DNA from: Amoebophrya sp. A120 | Lineage: Eukaryota; Protista; Dinoflagellata | DNA length: 64,000 bases | Reading direction: 5' to 3' | NCBI GenBank assembly: GCA_905178155.1 | Contig: CAJINV010000006.1 | Span: 4,341,938-4,405,937 of the forward strand | Part shown: positions 10,210-25,300 of the stretch, one piece after another | Layout: each line of letters opens with the position of its first letter | How positions within the stretch are numbered: position 1 is the stretch's first letter | The notes under the pieces: model-generated | Databases searched by the model: none | Told to the model about the DNA's origin: nothing | The model's input: the letters and a program-made list of their open reading frames with translations, nothing else | Translations under genes and position numbers: made by a program

Positions 10210-13200
10210 GGAGATCAAGGGGGTACTAGGGGGAAGAGTGGTCTTTCTCACAGTGTAGTGATGAAGATATGGGTAATATCAACAATGCCAAGAATGCGAA
10301 AAAAAATGAAAACTGTCATAACCAAGCAGAAGAATTCCTATGTGAACAAAAGGAAAAGCGAAACGAAGTGAAGTACTCATCGATTTTTCGTTTATCAATT
10401 TCTTAACTCATTACGTTTAAATTTAATGCCACTTGCTGTCATTCTTAAACCTTGTTTGTATAATGGCTAGAACTTCTTTCATCTGATCTCTAGTGCAAGA
10501 CTTCAGTTGTGCCAGACCACGTATCATCTAAAATTGAACCTAATGCTTACTACCCTCGAACAAGATCCAGCCGCGAAAGCAACTAATGTCTATTAATACC
10601 ACTTTAGGAGAATATTGGAAATCGAATGAACCTGCCACAAAGTCGTGATCTAGTACTTTGTGCACTGGGGCGCTAGCGAGAAGTCCCTCACATAGGAGTG
10701 CACGAGGACGAGTAACGTGCAATCGTGGTTGAGGCTTTATCGCTTCGGTCACGCTTTCTTGACCGAATCTGAAATGAATTATGTACAGGCCTCTCCCACC
10801 TATTGAAATTGAAGAGAATCGGACGATGAACAAATGCACGATGGCGCGACGGTACAGCAGGCGAGCTCGGGGCTGCGAAGCGGAAAGAGCCCTATGTGTT
10901 TTCGTTTTGTTTTGTGTCAGCGTGATATATTTGTAGTCACACCATTATAGCGTTTTTTTTGCCTCCATTTTCTGACCGGCAGAGAGAGACATTTTAGCTC
11001 GACAGATGCTACTTTTCGCCCCTCAATTGTAGATGAAGATTTTGTTTTAGTAGCTTGAAGCAGATATGCAAAAGATCTAGATTTAGACAGAAGTGCTAGT
11101 GCACTTATTTCAGGATCTGGATCAATTTGCTTGTGCATCACGAAACAGAACAAGTGCCGTGAGATCTTCTATAGCATCCGTGGTACTATCATAGTTCTAC
11201 AGTGTGCCTGGTGTGAAGATGTCCGCATATTACAAAACGCAAGCGCTCTACTTTTAGTTTTTACCTCCAGGATCGCGGATGCTGCATCGGAGTTATTTGG
11301 CAGAGGGCAAGATCTAGGTTTTACTAGTAAATCCAAGAGGTGGATTTGTACGTGACGGGAACAAAGCCTGAACAAAGGATCTATTTGGTGTAGTAAGTAG
11401 TCGAGGCGTTGTACTATCGCAAAACTACGTGGCGGTGCTAGGATACTTTATTTCATCTTCAGTAGGTGGTGCTACTGCTAGCTGTAGTGACGAGGCGGTT
11501 TTTTCACTCAGTGCGCAAGCTGTGCCGTTTTCCCCCCCCCTTTAGAGATGAGTTCAAGTAATTTCCGGACAGCAATAGATAAACAAGTCATAGCACAATT
11601 ACCTGTACTCCGAGATGAACAATGCCACTACCTCCAGGTTCGAAAAAAAGACGAAACTTTTTACAACTACGCCTTTTTGTGTGTATAGTGATTTCAATAT
11701 CTGAACGGAAAGCTCGAAGGAGCTGTATCGATTTTGAGAAGCATTTATTAGCTGCTTGGAATCCATCAGACGACAGCAATAAGCCAGACTGTACTTCTCT
11801 CATCTTCATGTATGTTCTCGACGCAACATCAGAGCTGTTCTTGTGTAACATAAAGTTACCTGTAAAAATAGTACCAATACATAGTGGTGTCTGTGTGTGC
11901 TACTAACTAGTGCTCAATCGATTTTTGAGCCATCAATCAGGACAAAAAAATGTTCGAATGAGGGGGCATCAATAGCACTTGACCTGTCCACACGGAATAA
12001 AATCCGCGCCGGCCGCCCTCGGGACAAAAAAACTGTAGTACGCATAGACTGTGCGCAAGTAGACGATCGCTCGGCGGGAAATTTGTAGAAGCCTAGAATT
12101 GATGTCGTTGATACTAGCACGACCATCTTCAAGCAACGAAGAATGGTTTTTTTTGGAGGAGAGCAAACAGTAATTTTTTTTGGTGATCATCTTCAGAGCC
12201 GATCGCAAAACTTTATTTCCACTCCTGCGTTTGTTATTTTTCTAAGAATCTTCACAGAGCGTTCCCTTGTTGCAGGGTTAGAACCTACTCTGTGATATGC
12301 TACTCACTTGACAGCGAAATCGAATCGATTGTCGTGGGACGATAGCAAGAATATTAAAGCCGGTCGGCAGGAGCTGTAGAAAAAAGAACGAAAATTATTG
12401 AGACCAGGGCGTTGTTGTAGTAGTCGTGCGAGTTTAATACTTTTTACAACTAGTACAACGCGTCTATCAAATAAAGCACTCGTCATCACAAGAACTCTCT
12501 TAGGAGGGCAGCACTTGTTATCACAATTCACGACGGAGGAATGAAGCTAGAAAAAGTGTTAAAAGCTTGTACTATTACCAAATTGTGCCTGCGTTTACAT
12601 GTTAAATTTCTTTAACTTTCTAGAAGATTTTTCATCCGAAATCGAACATCATAACAGAGAAAAACCAAAGCAACTTATTCGACGAAACATAGTTTACCAC
12701 ACTTCTGCCTATGTTGAATAAAAAAAAACTGTTCATGAAATCGAAACTACACTTTGCTTTTTTTGAAATTTTTCACTATTTCTTATTCTTGCCCAAAAGT
12801 GGTCTAGGAGGTGGAGGTGGTAGACTTGTAGGTACTTATCGAAAAAGTTGAAAATAAAGCCAGACTTGAAAAGCCAAAGTCAGTTTTCTTCAACAGTAGT
12901 ACCTGATAGCTGGAAATTTGGATATCTGAACACTTTGTCGTTTCAGTATTCAAGTTGTGTACGTAGCTACATTTTTTATCTTCGACGACTTTCTTAGAAA
13001 CTTTTTCTTTTTCACGTAGCTTGCTGCTGACAGACAAGCAGGTGATGTGACAAGAGCTAGTCGCGACGTCGACACAGATCATCTTTGGAATAAGATTTAA
13101 ATACTTTTTGTCGGTCCCGATACTAACTTGACGACGAGGGGGGCCTCCGGTTTAGTAACCCTCCTGCGGATATCTACTTGATGTACTCGCGCGCTTAGCC

Positions 13201-13392
13201 GTGGAGCTGGAGATTACTTCAATATAGCAGGAGAGCGGAGTAGAGGACATCGTCGATCAAGAAGAACCCTTGGCGCTAATAGTCGTCTGTTTTTAGCCGG
13301 AAGACGCGCTGACGGGGGCAGAAGCGACAGCGGCAAAATATTAAATCTCGGGGAAAAAAGATTGTTCCCGAAGAAGACGACCAACTCCGAAG

Positions 13393-16300
13393 ATGCAGGT
13401 CTTTTATTACACCTTCCTGCTATCAAATGCAAGAATGTCTGGGTCTGGAAGAATGCAAGATTTGTCATGCATATTTCTCATGACCCATGATGCCTGTAAT
13501 GCATGACCTAGCATCGCAGACTTTTAGAGGGCTTCCTGATGAACCTTCCGCGTGAGAAATGCCCTGTTCGTGTAGCACAAATTGCACCCCTCTTGCTGGT
13601 CATGCAATACCAATTTTTTTGGAGTCCAAAAACAGCATGACAAGTTGCAATCTTCCAGACCCAGACACTTTTGCAGTTGATGCCTGCTATCATTTCTCAA
13701 CATCGCCCACGTAGTTTGGGCTCGGGGTGGTTTGCACCACCAGACGGCGGTCGATACTTTTCCGACTGGAGCAAGGGGAGAATCTTCATCCCACGAGGAA
13801 CTACCAGGTTCGTTGCAACATGCAATCGGTCCTCGCCAAGATAACAATGGAAGAAGTGAAACCGAAGAACTACGTGGCGAAGAAGTAGGACCCTCCTCAT
13901 TCGCTGCTCATCTACTTATTTCCAAGAAGGATGCGCAAGGCAACCCGGAGGTACCCAAGAAGGATGCGCAAGGCAACCCGGAGGTGGAGGAGGTACTAGG
14001 GAGTGGCGCGGGCAGCTCGCAGCTTGGAGTTTCCGGTGCTGCTGCTGGCGAAGATGAAGAGAGGGGTTATGATCATGACCTCGATCATATTAGAGCAGCA
14101 GAGACCAGCACAGCCACTGCGTCCTCTCGACGTCCGGGGGTCGTCGTGTCGACCCCGCCCTTCGATATAAGCAGGACCTCTGATGCTAAACAAGATCCTC
14201 ACACTTCTATAACCCCTGCTGAGGACGAGGACGACGCCATAGAAGGGCTCGAGCGGGCCCCCGCGGGTTGGTCACGCACCATTTCTGCTTCGACAATCTC
14301 GAGCGCCCAGGACAACGAAGGAGAGGTGGACAAGAGTGTCTACTATTTTCCTTCCAGTGTCACTAAAGCCTTCAGTACGCCGAATATAGTATCGAAAACT
14401 CCGGATGAACCGACGTCCTTTCCCGGCACACCAGTCAGAAGTACTACCCCGAAACAGAGTCCATTTCGCGATGAAGCTGCAGCAGTTCCTGGTGTAGAAG
14501 TCGGAGGGATAGTTAGCGCGGCCGGAGTTGTGGGTTCGTCTTCGTTTTTGTCTTTTGATGATCTTCCCATGGGCCGCGGGTCGACACCAGCGGCTAAGAA
14601 GCAGGACAAGGAAATACAGCAACTAGTATCACAGGGCTTATCCTTATTTTTTCCACCGGGATCGTTTAGCTCAACATTCAGAGCTGGTGGTGCAACTAGT
14701 ACAACAACTACGAAAAAAGCCAGCCGAAGGAGAATCAAAAACCTGCCTTTGTGGCAGGTTGAGACTAAAAATCCGGAACAACAAGAGCCAGCCATCGTGC
14801 GCATGTTCAAACAGCGCAGAAGGGAACGGCTGGAACAGAAACGACGGAAACGACAGGAAGAGCAGGAGAGATTTATTTCCTTTGAGGGTCCGAATTCCTC
14901 AGATTTTGCGGCACCAAAAGATGGAGGTTTGTTTTCGGGAAGTAGACCACCGGAAAGTGTAAGTGATCAAGACGTTGACTCCAATGCGGGCAGCTCTACT
15001 GGCAGAAGTTCCTTCGGCCGCGAAAGAACTACGCCAGGAAAACAAGAACGTCGTGAAGGCCAAGGCCACCAGCGTGTCGGAGGACAGCAGACCAGCTCTA
15101 TGGCTCAACGTGTCATGCAAGATTCAGGACTCAACTCTATCATTGGCCGGTTTCTGCCGACCAACCTGAATTTTGCCAAAAACGGGTTCTACAACGAAAC
15201 GGAATTTGACAACGACAGTGATGTGGATGAGTCTTCACGAAAAAGTAGAAGTACTAGTGCTAAGAACAAGCGGGGGAAGAAGAATAAATTTAGCAGCAAC
15301 GGTATGGAAGCGTCAGGATCGAAATCGTCAAAGTTGAAATAGTATTGCGATGCATAAAATGCAACGCAAAAACTGCCTCTATTGCAGAGGACGCAAGGGA
15401 TGCAGATTGTAAGCCGTGTGAGCGGTAGAAACTGAGCTGCTAAGGTACTAGCATGACAAATAAAGGCGTCTTCCTTCCTCAAACAGCATTACAATTCGGA
15501 TTTCAGTTGTCTACCCAAATTTGTCATGCGCCACTTGAAAAGTAGCCGCCAACTGGTATCCGTTTCGTGCATCACAAATTGTTTCAACTATGACGATTTC
15601 GGTCCTGACACTCCCATAAACGGACTGGTGGATCTCGACACCGCGTTTCAGTTATGAGAGTGCACAAGAACAAGTCCCCGTGGAGGTCCCCCGCATTTGC
15701 AATGCAAAAAACCAAGCACACGTCTTATTGTATAGCTTTATTTAGCGCTGTCTGCATGACAAATTTATTTGGGACGACCTCAAGCACCACTACAATCCGG
15801 TTGTGCAGTAGATTTGTGATGCTGAAGGCACATTACTGCGCTGTTTTTTATTGTGTTGCTGTGTATAATGCCCTACAAATAATGAGGGCGGGGGGGGGAT
15901 GGACTTGGACAAGAACTTGTGCACGGTCATATCAGTTGTCTCAAGTGTCGAGAGACATTCTTTTCACCAAGAAGGAGCACGCTTTCGAAATATCAACTGC
16001 GAATACGTCTGGGTCTAGTAGAGCGCAAGTTTGTCATGCTCGGCTAGCATGACTCTCAAGTCTGTCATGCGCGTTACCCAAAAGCCCCACTTTTCTGTCA
16101 TGCAACAACGCAGCTTGTGCTTGTCATGCTGAGTAGACAACACCTAGCAAGAACTCAGAATCTTGTCATGCTGAGCGATCACTTGTGGCATCCTCATGAT
16201 TCGCCACTCAGCATCACACGTTGCCAAGCGCAGACATATTTGCAATGCATACGAAACCTGCTTAGCCTATTTGAAGAAGCTGGACAAAATTGAGAGCAGC

Positions 16301-19300
16301 GAAGACGATATTAAATGCAAATATTCACCCTGGAGGACGTCTGGAAAGTTGTGATGCTGGACTGTGGATGTTGGAAACACTTCCGAATGCAGCCAAGCAG
16401 GACAAGTTTGCAGAGCCAACGCTTTCTCATACGCAGCCCGCATGCGAAGCTGTGTTTTTGTCTGACAAATCAAAAGAGGGCGCGACCTTTGTTGGTCCAG
16501 GAATGGACAGATTGCACAGGAATGGAAGACCAGCATTACAAGTTCCCACTTTCCAGACCATTAGACATTTTTGCAATGGATAGACGATGCGTGGGTGGCG
16601 TTGATGACGGAGCTGTCGAAGACCCTGCACACGACCGGTGGGAGCGTGAATTATCGGAAATTCCTCGGAGCTCACGAGTTGAAGGAGCACGATAAATTGC
16701 TAGACCACTGGCGGACCTACGACAAGATGGCGATCCAGGAAGAAAGACAGGCAGCAGGTCTGGAGGGAGAAGTAGTTATAAATGCGTCCGATCTATGGAT
16801 TGCAAAAGTATCGTACTCGTACAAATGCATTACAAATTTCCTCAGCATGAGAAATAAAATTTGTAATGCGGATCTGACTTAACAAAATCATTTGTAATGC
16901 ATGATTGCAATACGAATGCGATGCTTTTGCACAGGATACGATCAGGACAAGTACCTGATTGCGAAATTGGTAGAAGTTTTCGACGCAGTATCGCAAGAAA
17001 AAACTGTCTCACTGTGAACTTGTGACGCAGAAAATGGAACACAGAACTCTTCGTCTTGCATTGCAAGACCTTGTATTTCCAAGCGTGTTTTATTCCCTTG
17101 GGAAGCGCGGGTGACAAATTTTCAGTGTCATGTTGCGCAAACTTGTGATGCAGATCTTGCATCAAAATCATCACAGTGAAACAGTTTTTTCGTGGGATAC
17201 GCAGACAGCGCAGATGGAGCTGATGCGAAAAGTAGAAGTCCGCCATCGTATAATTCGCCGCACAGGACGAGTACGACAACGTCTACAAAAACTACTTCCA
17301 AGCGAAACACCAAAGTTTTCGAGTTTGAAAACGGGGCGGATGAACTCACCTACGCTTTCTTGAAACAATCCTCCTGCATTGAGTACTTGCAATATGACAG
17401 TGCACAACTCCCCTCGTCTGTATGGTATGAATAGCAATACACACACCAGCGCACATGGAGCCTATGCATGACAAATCTATGTACCTAATCTAGTGCTGTT
17501 TAACGGGCTTCCAGAATTTGTCATGCATAATAGTGATACAAGGGAACAACTGGAATATTGGATTTTGCATGAGAAATGAGAACGAGGGAGAGTTGTGCAC
17601 TTCCATATGCAACTCGAGTCGCAAAACACGGTTTCGGAAACAAACAAGTTCAAACGGCTCATCTATTACAATGAAAAATGCCCCCACCCCAGAATTTGCA
17701 AAAGTTTCTCATGCATAAGGTTTTCAAATGCAGAGCTTTTTATCTATGCATGACAGGACTACGAGCCTTTCTGATGCAGAATCTAGTCATGTCGTGCGAG
17801 GCATCTTTTGCATAACAGACCCGGCTGCTGTTGGGCTCCTTTGCAACACAAATTTGAGCTATTCAGCATGAAAAATTTGTGATGCTAAGATATGCAAGAC
17901 GACGAATGTTTCATTTGGAAAGGTTTGCAATACAAATGTTCCCAAGTTCTGGGGGGGGGCATTTTTCATGGTAATATCATCACCGAGGCCGGGGTGTTAT
18001 GAACTGCAAAAGTATAAGTATCGTATTCGTATAAATGCATTACAAATTTCCTCAGCATGAGAAATAAAATTTGTAATGCAAATTTACCTTAACAAAAGGA
18101 TTTGTAATGCATGATTGCAAAACGAGTACGATACTTTTGCACAGAATAGGTGTGCACGACTTCGGAAACTTGGACCAGGAGCGAAGATATGAATTGCAAA
18201 AGTGTCGTACTAGAAGTAGTAGTTGCAATATAAATTCGCTTAGCATGACAAATGGAATTTGTCATGCTGATTTGCCTTGGGAACCAGATTTGTAATGCAT
18301 GACTGCGATTACTTTTACTACGAGTACGATACTTTTGCACAGGATAGAAGAGGAGGGGCTGCAGGTGGCTCACATGGCGTACAACCGGTTCTTGTTTTAC
18401 AAGTATGAGAGTGCTGCACAACTCCCCCTCCCCCTCATTTGTATTGCATGGACAGCAATACAAACACCCGCACCTGTGGGGCCTGTGCATGAGAAGTCTT
18501 CCATGCGCGTACTGTAGTACTGTCAGGGCAGCTTCCGGAATCTGTCATGCAAACAGTACCACAGAGCAGCAAGTGGATTTGGCATTTTGCATGACAAATC
18601 AGGGGGAGGGGGAGTTGTGCACTGTCACAACAAGCGGGACCAGGACGAGAAAGAGAAACTCAAACTGCAAGAAGAACTACAAAGGGAGAAATTACGGAAG
18701 CGACTGGAACATCAAAGCGCAGCCGAGAAAAATCCTCCTTGGAAGGAGCACCAGCATAAAAACCATAATACTATGCCGAATCTGTTAGAAAAAGATGAGC
18801 CATTTACATTTTCGCTGCATCAAGATGTCCGTCGTGAAGTGGTAGAGCCAGAACAGCAGAGGAAGCCCAGTATCAAATGCAAAAATGTCTGGGTCTGGAA
18901 GAATGCAGCTTGTGATGCTGCATTTGGATTCCAAAAAGATCGGTATCGCATGAGCAGCAAAGGGAACGCATTTTTTGCTACGCGGAGAAGGCATTTGTCA
19001 TGCCGAATAGGCATCAAGAAGCCCTCAAAAAATCTGTGATGCTAGGGCATGCATCACAGACATCATGGCTCATGCAACACGTGCGTGACTTGTCTCAGAA
19101 TCTTCCAGACCCAGACATTTTTACAGTTGATACCCAGTAAAGAAGTGCGATTTTTTACTGAACCAGCAATGGACCACCACCTTCACATCGTGCAAGAACC
19201 ACCGCAGCAACTGCTTGCAAGAGGTGAAGACGGCTTTAATACTGTTTCGTGCGTCGAGGGCAGCAAGAAGCTCGATTGTGGTGCTGTAATTATTCCGGGT

Positions 19301-22300
19301 AGTACGACGTCGACAAGTACTAGCTATTACAGCGCCGCTGATCCTCCACCAGGCGCAGCAGGCCCGCTTTTACTACACGAGGAGCACAAGTCTTTGCATC
19401 AGAATTGTCACAACAAGGTTGATGACCTTATGGCCGACCTCAAGTCCATCTCAAAACGGAATGAAACACTTCACCTAACACCTTCAGAGGAGATGGATGC
19501 AGAATCATGTCTCCTTGACCTGCAGCTTCCGTTCCCGCGCCAAATTACCGGCTCCACGGCCGCGCCAGCGAGCTCGATCGCGACTTTCAGGTCGACAAAT
19601 ATCCTATGTAAAAACGTCCCCACACCATAGTCAAGATGGGAAGTCTGCAACACAAATCCCCAAGTTTTGGGGGTTCTGCATGACAAGTTTCCATCTGCAG
19701 TGTAGTACTGGCTGGCAAGGAAAGCCGCATGACAAAGCCATTTTCTCGTCCTGTTTACAGCATTACAAATTCCAAAACACGACTGGAAATGCCTCTCATG
19801 GAAGTGCGCATTACAAATCTTCCTGTCATTGCACATTTGCATGACAACTCTGGGGTGGGGACGTTTTTACACAGGATAACAAATGCCCATAATTCATCTC
19901 CTCATGATCCCGGAGGTCCCCCTTGTAGTTCCACGTCGCGCGACCCCCGCTATCAAATGTAAAAATGTCTGGGTCTGGAAGGATGCAGAGGTTTGTGATG
20001 CAGCTGTGGCATGACCCAGAAGGGCTACCATGCACGCCCCAGCATCACAAGTTTTTAGAAGGTTTCTTAATGCGTAATCCGCATGACAAGGCCCTTCTTT
20101 CGGTGGCCAGAAATGTGCAGCTTTTGGCTTCCATGCATGACAGATTTTTGAGTCATGTGAAATGCGGATCGCAAGTTCGCATCCTTCCAGACCCAGACAC
20201 TTTTTCAGTTCAGACCCGCGTAGGTGGAGCGACGAGGACTCTGCGGCGTACAAGCACAAGCGACAACTTCCTGGCTGCGGAGGATGATGAATCAGGCAGG
20301 AACGGTGGAGGTTTCGGTCACCGTGGTCCTCCGATGTTGCAGTCCACCTGCTCTGGAGGTGCTCTAGTACTGCACGACGATAGTTTTAAAAATAGCGAGG
20401 AGCCTGACCCAGCAGAAGTAGAACGTCGAGAAGTGCTGTCGCCCACAACATGGCCCTCGTCTTCAGCCCTGGGCAGGAGCCGTAGCAGCTGCAGTTCTCG
20501 CGGCCGCGGCCCCCGGTCTTGTTCATCTGCCGTCGGGTTTTTATCCCCGATCGGAGATCATGATCAACAACGCGTTCAACATAGTTGTACCAGCGACGAC
20601 AGAAATAATGCAGACGAGGATGAAGATAGAAGCGCCGAAGCCGATCATACTATTGAAGATTCAGGTAAAGAGGACGAGGACCTTGAACATCTCCCGGAGA
20701 TGCTGGGAGAACGGTCTTTTTGGACCCGGTCGATGTCACCCGAAGGAAGCGTCAGGTCTGCTAGCGCATCGAACCACACAGCAGCGCCAAACACTTCGTA
20801 CAGCTTCTCGGCTCCTCGTCCGGTGGAACAAGCGACCATTGCTTGTTCGCCGGCTTTATGAATTGCAAAAGTATAATCCGATACTCGTATAAATGCATTA
20901 CAAAATTCCTCAGCACGAGAAATGAAATTTGTAATGCGGATTTACCTTAAGAAAAAGTAAAAGATTTGTAATGCATGACTGTAATCACGACGTCGAGTGC
21001 GATACTTTTGCAGTTGATAGGCTTTATCTTCTGGCGCTGCTTCCTCCCCCTATTTGATGTCTTCGAGAACTTCCGTACTGGCCGCGACTCCGGAATTGCA
21101 CCCCATGTCGTGGAGTGAAGATGTATTTTATACACCTGGCGCAGATCATGATACAGTAGATGTTCACGGGGACTCGTCTCCGGTGCTGTCCTCAGAACAC
21201 CACCCCGATCATATTCTGAGTAAAAACGTTCCCACCCCAGAGTTGTCATGCAAATCTGCATGCCAAAAAAGTTTCTGATGCGGAGCGCCATGAGAGGGAT
21301 TTTCTAGTCGTGTTTTGGAATTTGTGATGCTAGAATCAGCATGATATGCAAGATCTGTGATGCTGCTGAACGACCTAAACACGACAATTACACCACGAGG
21401 ACAAACTTGTCATGCGAAACAACCAAAGCTGGCTGATTTGTCTAGCAGATTTTCCATGTTTACTCTGGTGTGGGGTCGTTTTTCCTCAGGATAGATCAGT
21501 CGTGCAGGTGGAGCGAAGATCAGTCCTCTCTCGGTGTTGAGCAGCTGCACGGGGGGGCCACAGAACCGCGGAAGGTCTCTAGTACTGTCTCTTGCAGCAA
21601 GGGCCGCCACATCAAGACCTTTTCGTGCACGCGCGACGACGAAATCCCGCAGCTCGTCCTGGGGCCGAGTTTTGATAGTCCTACTCCGATGGAACAAGAA
21701 GAAGCGCGCGACGACGAAAGTCCGCAACTGGTCCTGGGGCCGCGTGGCTCGGACGATGTTGAGCTAGATGGTGACAGGGAACAAGTACAGGAAACTTCTT
21801 CATCCCCTGCTCGCCGACGTCCCCCACCCAGCATCTGGCTAGTTCGCGAATTGAAAATCGGGCTTTGCACCGAGTTCGTCCCCTACAATGCGCGGTCCAA
21901 TGCGAAATTTTTGCTGGAACTTTTAAGGACGACGGAAAGTTATAAGAGCGAACATGTTCTTGCGGGCTCGCAAAGGAAAAGTGATGAACCAGCTGCACAA
22001 GTGTCTCGTCGTGAACATCTCGCTGCGGCAGGAGCACCATCTTCAGGCCAACATCTACAACTTCCCCTATTGAGGAAAGAACCCGGCTGGGCAGCACCAG
22101 CGACACAAGTTCTTGTGCGGGAAAAGTCGGAGTTTTTGAAGTACAAAAAGGGCATTTTGTATGAACTGCAAAAGTATCGTACTCGTATAAATGCATCACA
22201 AATTTTCTCAGCATGAGAAATAAAATTTGTAATGCTGATTTGCCTTAAGAGAGAGATTTGTAATGCATGATTGCAATTACTACGAGTACGGTACTTTTGC

Positions 22301-25300
22301 ACAGGATATTTTGGTGGCGGTCTTGGCGATTGCGCAGGACCTGCAGGAGAATCAGGTTTATGCATTGCAAATATCGTCCCTGGATCGATCTGGAACAGTG
22401 CAACTTGTGATGCTGCATTTGGATGCTACAAAAAATCTGTATTGCATGAGCAGCAACACCAGCAGTCAAAGAAATTTGGCTACGCAGTAGATCGGGCATG
22501 TGTCATGCGGGATGTTGCGCATCGATGAGCGCTGAAAATAAAATCTGTGATGCTAGGGCATACATAACAGACATCGTGGATCGTGGACAATGTGCATGAC
22601 AAACTTGTTCTCTTCCAGACCCAGACGTATTTGCAGTTGATAAGGTTTCCATCGTGAAGCGGCGGAGCTGGCTGCAGGAGCAAAAACTGGCGGTAGAGGG
22701 GCGGATATGACAGTGCACAACTCCCCTTCGTTCCCATTTCTCATGCAAAATACCAAATCCACGCTTTCCCTCCTGTCACTATTATGCATGACAAGTTTAT
22801 GATCTGGTAGCCCAAATAGCACTACACTCCAGTCGTGCAAAAAAAATGTCATGCAAAACCGGCACTGTTGCTGATGCTTGTATTGCCGAGTTCATGCTAT
22901 ACAAATGAGGGGGAGCAGGGGGAGCTGTGCACTGTCATAGCGGAGGGCGAGAGAACAGAAAGTAGAAGATCTAGAGCTTCATCGTCCATGGGGTACTAAT
23001 GATTATACAGGTCGTTCCTCGACGTGGGAAGAAGCTGCGACAGGAGTTCTTAGTGCGGGTGCAGGTGCAGGTGCAGGAACAACGGGTCCTTTCGGAATCT
23101 ACCGCGGCGGAGCGCACGACGCGGTCAGCGACCTTCCGCGGCAGCAATTGGGTTCTTCACCTGCTGCGCCGCATACTGCGACCCCCGCTCCTGCAGTCGC
23201 TGCACTAGCATCGTCTTCTTTATTCCTGTCTCAACATGAAAGACAAGTCACCGGCGAAAGTTCCGGCAAGATTTCTTCCGGTTCGCAGCAAAGCACAATC
23301 AGTGATAGTACGAGCGTATCAAATGCAAATATGTCTGGGTCTGGAATGTTGTGATGCAAGTCACTGAATGATAAGCACACTGTAAAAATGCGCCACCAAG
23401 CATGACAATTTTTTTCATGGTTCTGTGTTGCGTATTCCGCATGAGAAACTGTGTGTTTGCATGAGAGTCAAGAGGAGCTCTTGGTTGCCACGCAGTACAG
23501 ATCCCAGAGTCATGCCAGACTAGCATGACAAGTCTCGCAATCTCCCAGACATCCAGGGATATTTGCAATCCATAAGGCGACCATAATTTCGATGCAGGTG
23601 CTGCTCAACATCATCAAACCGGTGGTGAACCGGAGCAGAGTGGCGGTGGTACAACGACCCCTGGAGCAGCAGGAGGTCCTGCTTCCTCTACTATGAAAAA
23701 AACCCCCTCCCACTTTTTCCTCGAGATACGCCCGGATTATAATGACTATGCATTGCAAATATGTCTGGGTCTGGAAGGTTGGAACTTGTGATGCTCACTT
23801 TGCACTCTAAAAAAATCTGTATTGCATGACCAGCAAGAGGAGCCCAGTTTGTGCTACGCGGGGAGGGCATTTGTCATGCGGGATAGGCATCAGGAAGGCC
23901 TCTAAAAATATGTGATGCTAGATCATGCATTACAGACATCCTGGGTCATGCAAAATATGCATGACAAACCTGGTAACCTTCCAGACCCAGACATTTTTGC
24001 ATTTGATAATGACCAAGAGGAAACTCAAACTACTACCGGTACCACGCGAGCGCTAAAATTCAACACGAAAACGGGCACCTTGCGCACTGTGCCCGCGGCC
24101 ACTGTACAACATCAACCTGCGGGAACTACATTAACAGCGGAAGGAGGTTCTGCAGCAGCAGGAGCAGCACAACAAGTCCTCTGGGCGCCGCGACGCTCGG
24201 CGTATTCCAGTCGTACGCGCGAAGCACTGTTCGGGGAGCAAAGATTTGCGGGGCAGCAGCGACGGCAGGAAGGGGAAAACGGTTTTTTACAAGTAGCGCA
24301 GGAAGTAGAGAATCAAGGTCAAGAAATAAGCTCACCCACAGCGCTCCTCGATGACCTGTCACAGCAAAGTCTGGTGAACACGCCCGTGGAGCGTATCCAG
24401 AGCAAATATGTCTGGACGTCTGGAAACTTGTGATGCTCAGTTGTGGATCATGGAAACTACACTTCCGAATGCAGCAAAGCATGACAACTTTCCAGAACGC
24501 TTTCTCATGCGCAGCCCGCATGAGAGGCTGCGTTTTTTTATGACAAAAGAGGCTGCCGCTGCGGCTGCGCCTTGTGTTGGTCATGCAATACAGATTGCAC
24601 AGGAATGGAAAACCAGCATTGTTTCGTCCAGACCTCCCAGACATCTTTGCAATGTCGATAGAGCAGCAGTTGCAACGAAAGGCTATGCTGCCAGTCTGGA
24701 TCTACTACCTAGCTCTGAAACTGGAGACAGATGTAGAGACTGCGGAGTTGAATGAGTTTATTGAGAAACGGTACGCAGTTCCAGCATCGGTCGATGAACA
24801 AGACGAGGAGGGGGCCGCAGATTCGCGCGACCTTGTGCGACGACGAGGAGCAGTAGAGCAACTAGACAAGGAAAAAGAAAAATTGCAGAAAAACCACACT
24901 TATGCATTGCAAAAATGTCTGGGTCTGGAAGAGTACAAACTTGTATATGCGCATTTCAGAACACAGAAAAATCTCTCATGCATAGGCAGCAAAAGTTGCC
25001 CTCTTTCTGTCACCAAAATTCAGGGATTTGTCATGCGGATTCGGCATTGCAAACGCTTCTCGAAACCTGTGATGCTAGAGCTTCCATGCCAGCCCTTCTG
25101 TGTCATGCAAAAGCAGCATGACTCTTCCAGACCCAGACATTTTTGCAGTTGATAACACGGGTAACGACGTTGATCTCGGGTACGTTCTTAGTGTCATGTT
25201 GCGGGAGCGGCTGACCGCGCCGCGGTATTACGACATCGTCGCAAAATTGCACTTCCAACTTGGGTATCAAATGCAAATATGTCTGGGTCTGGAAGATTCC

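Noticed and set aside
14272-14810. Minus-strand ORFs overlapping long exons
   Set aside because: They are antisense shadows of the + strand coding exons.
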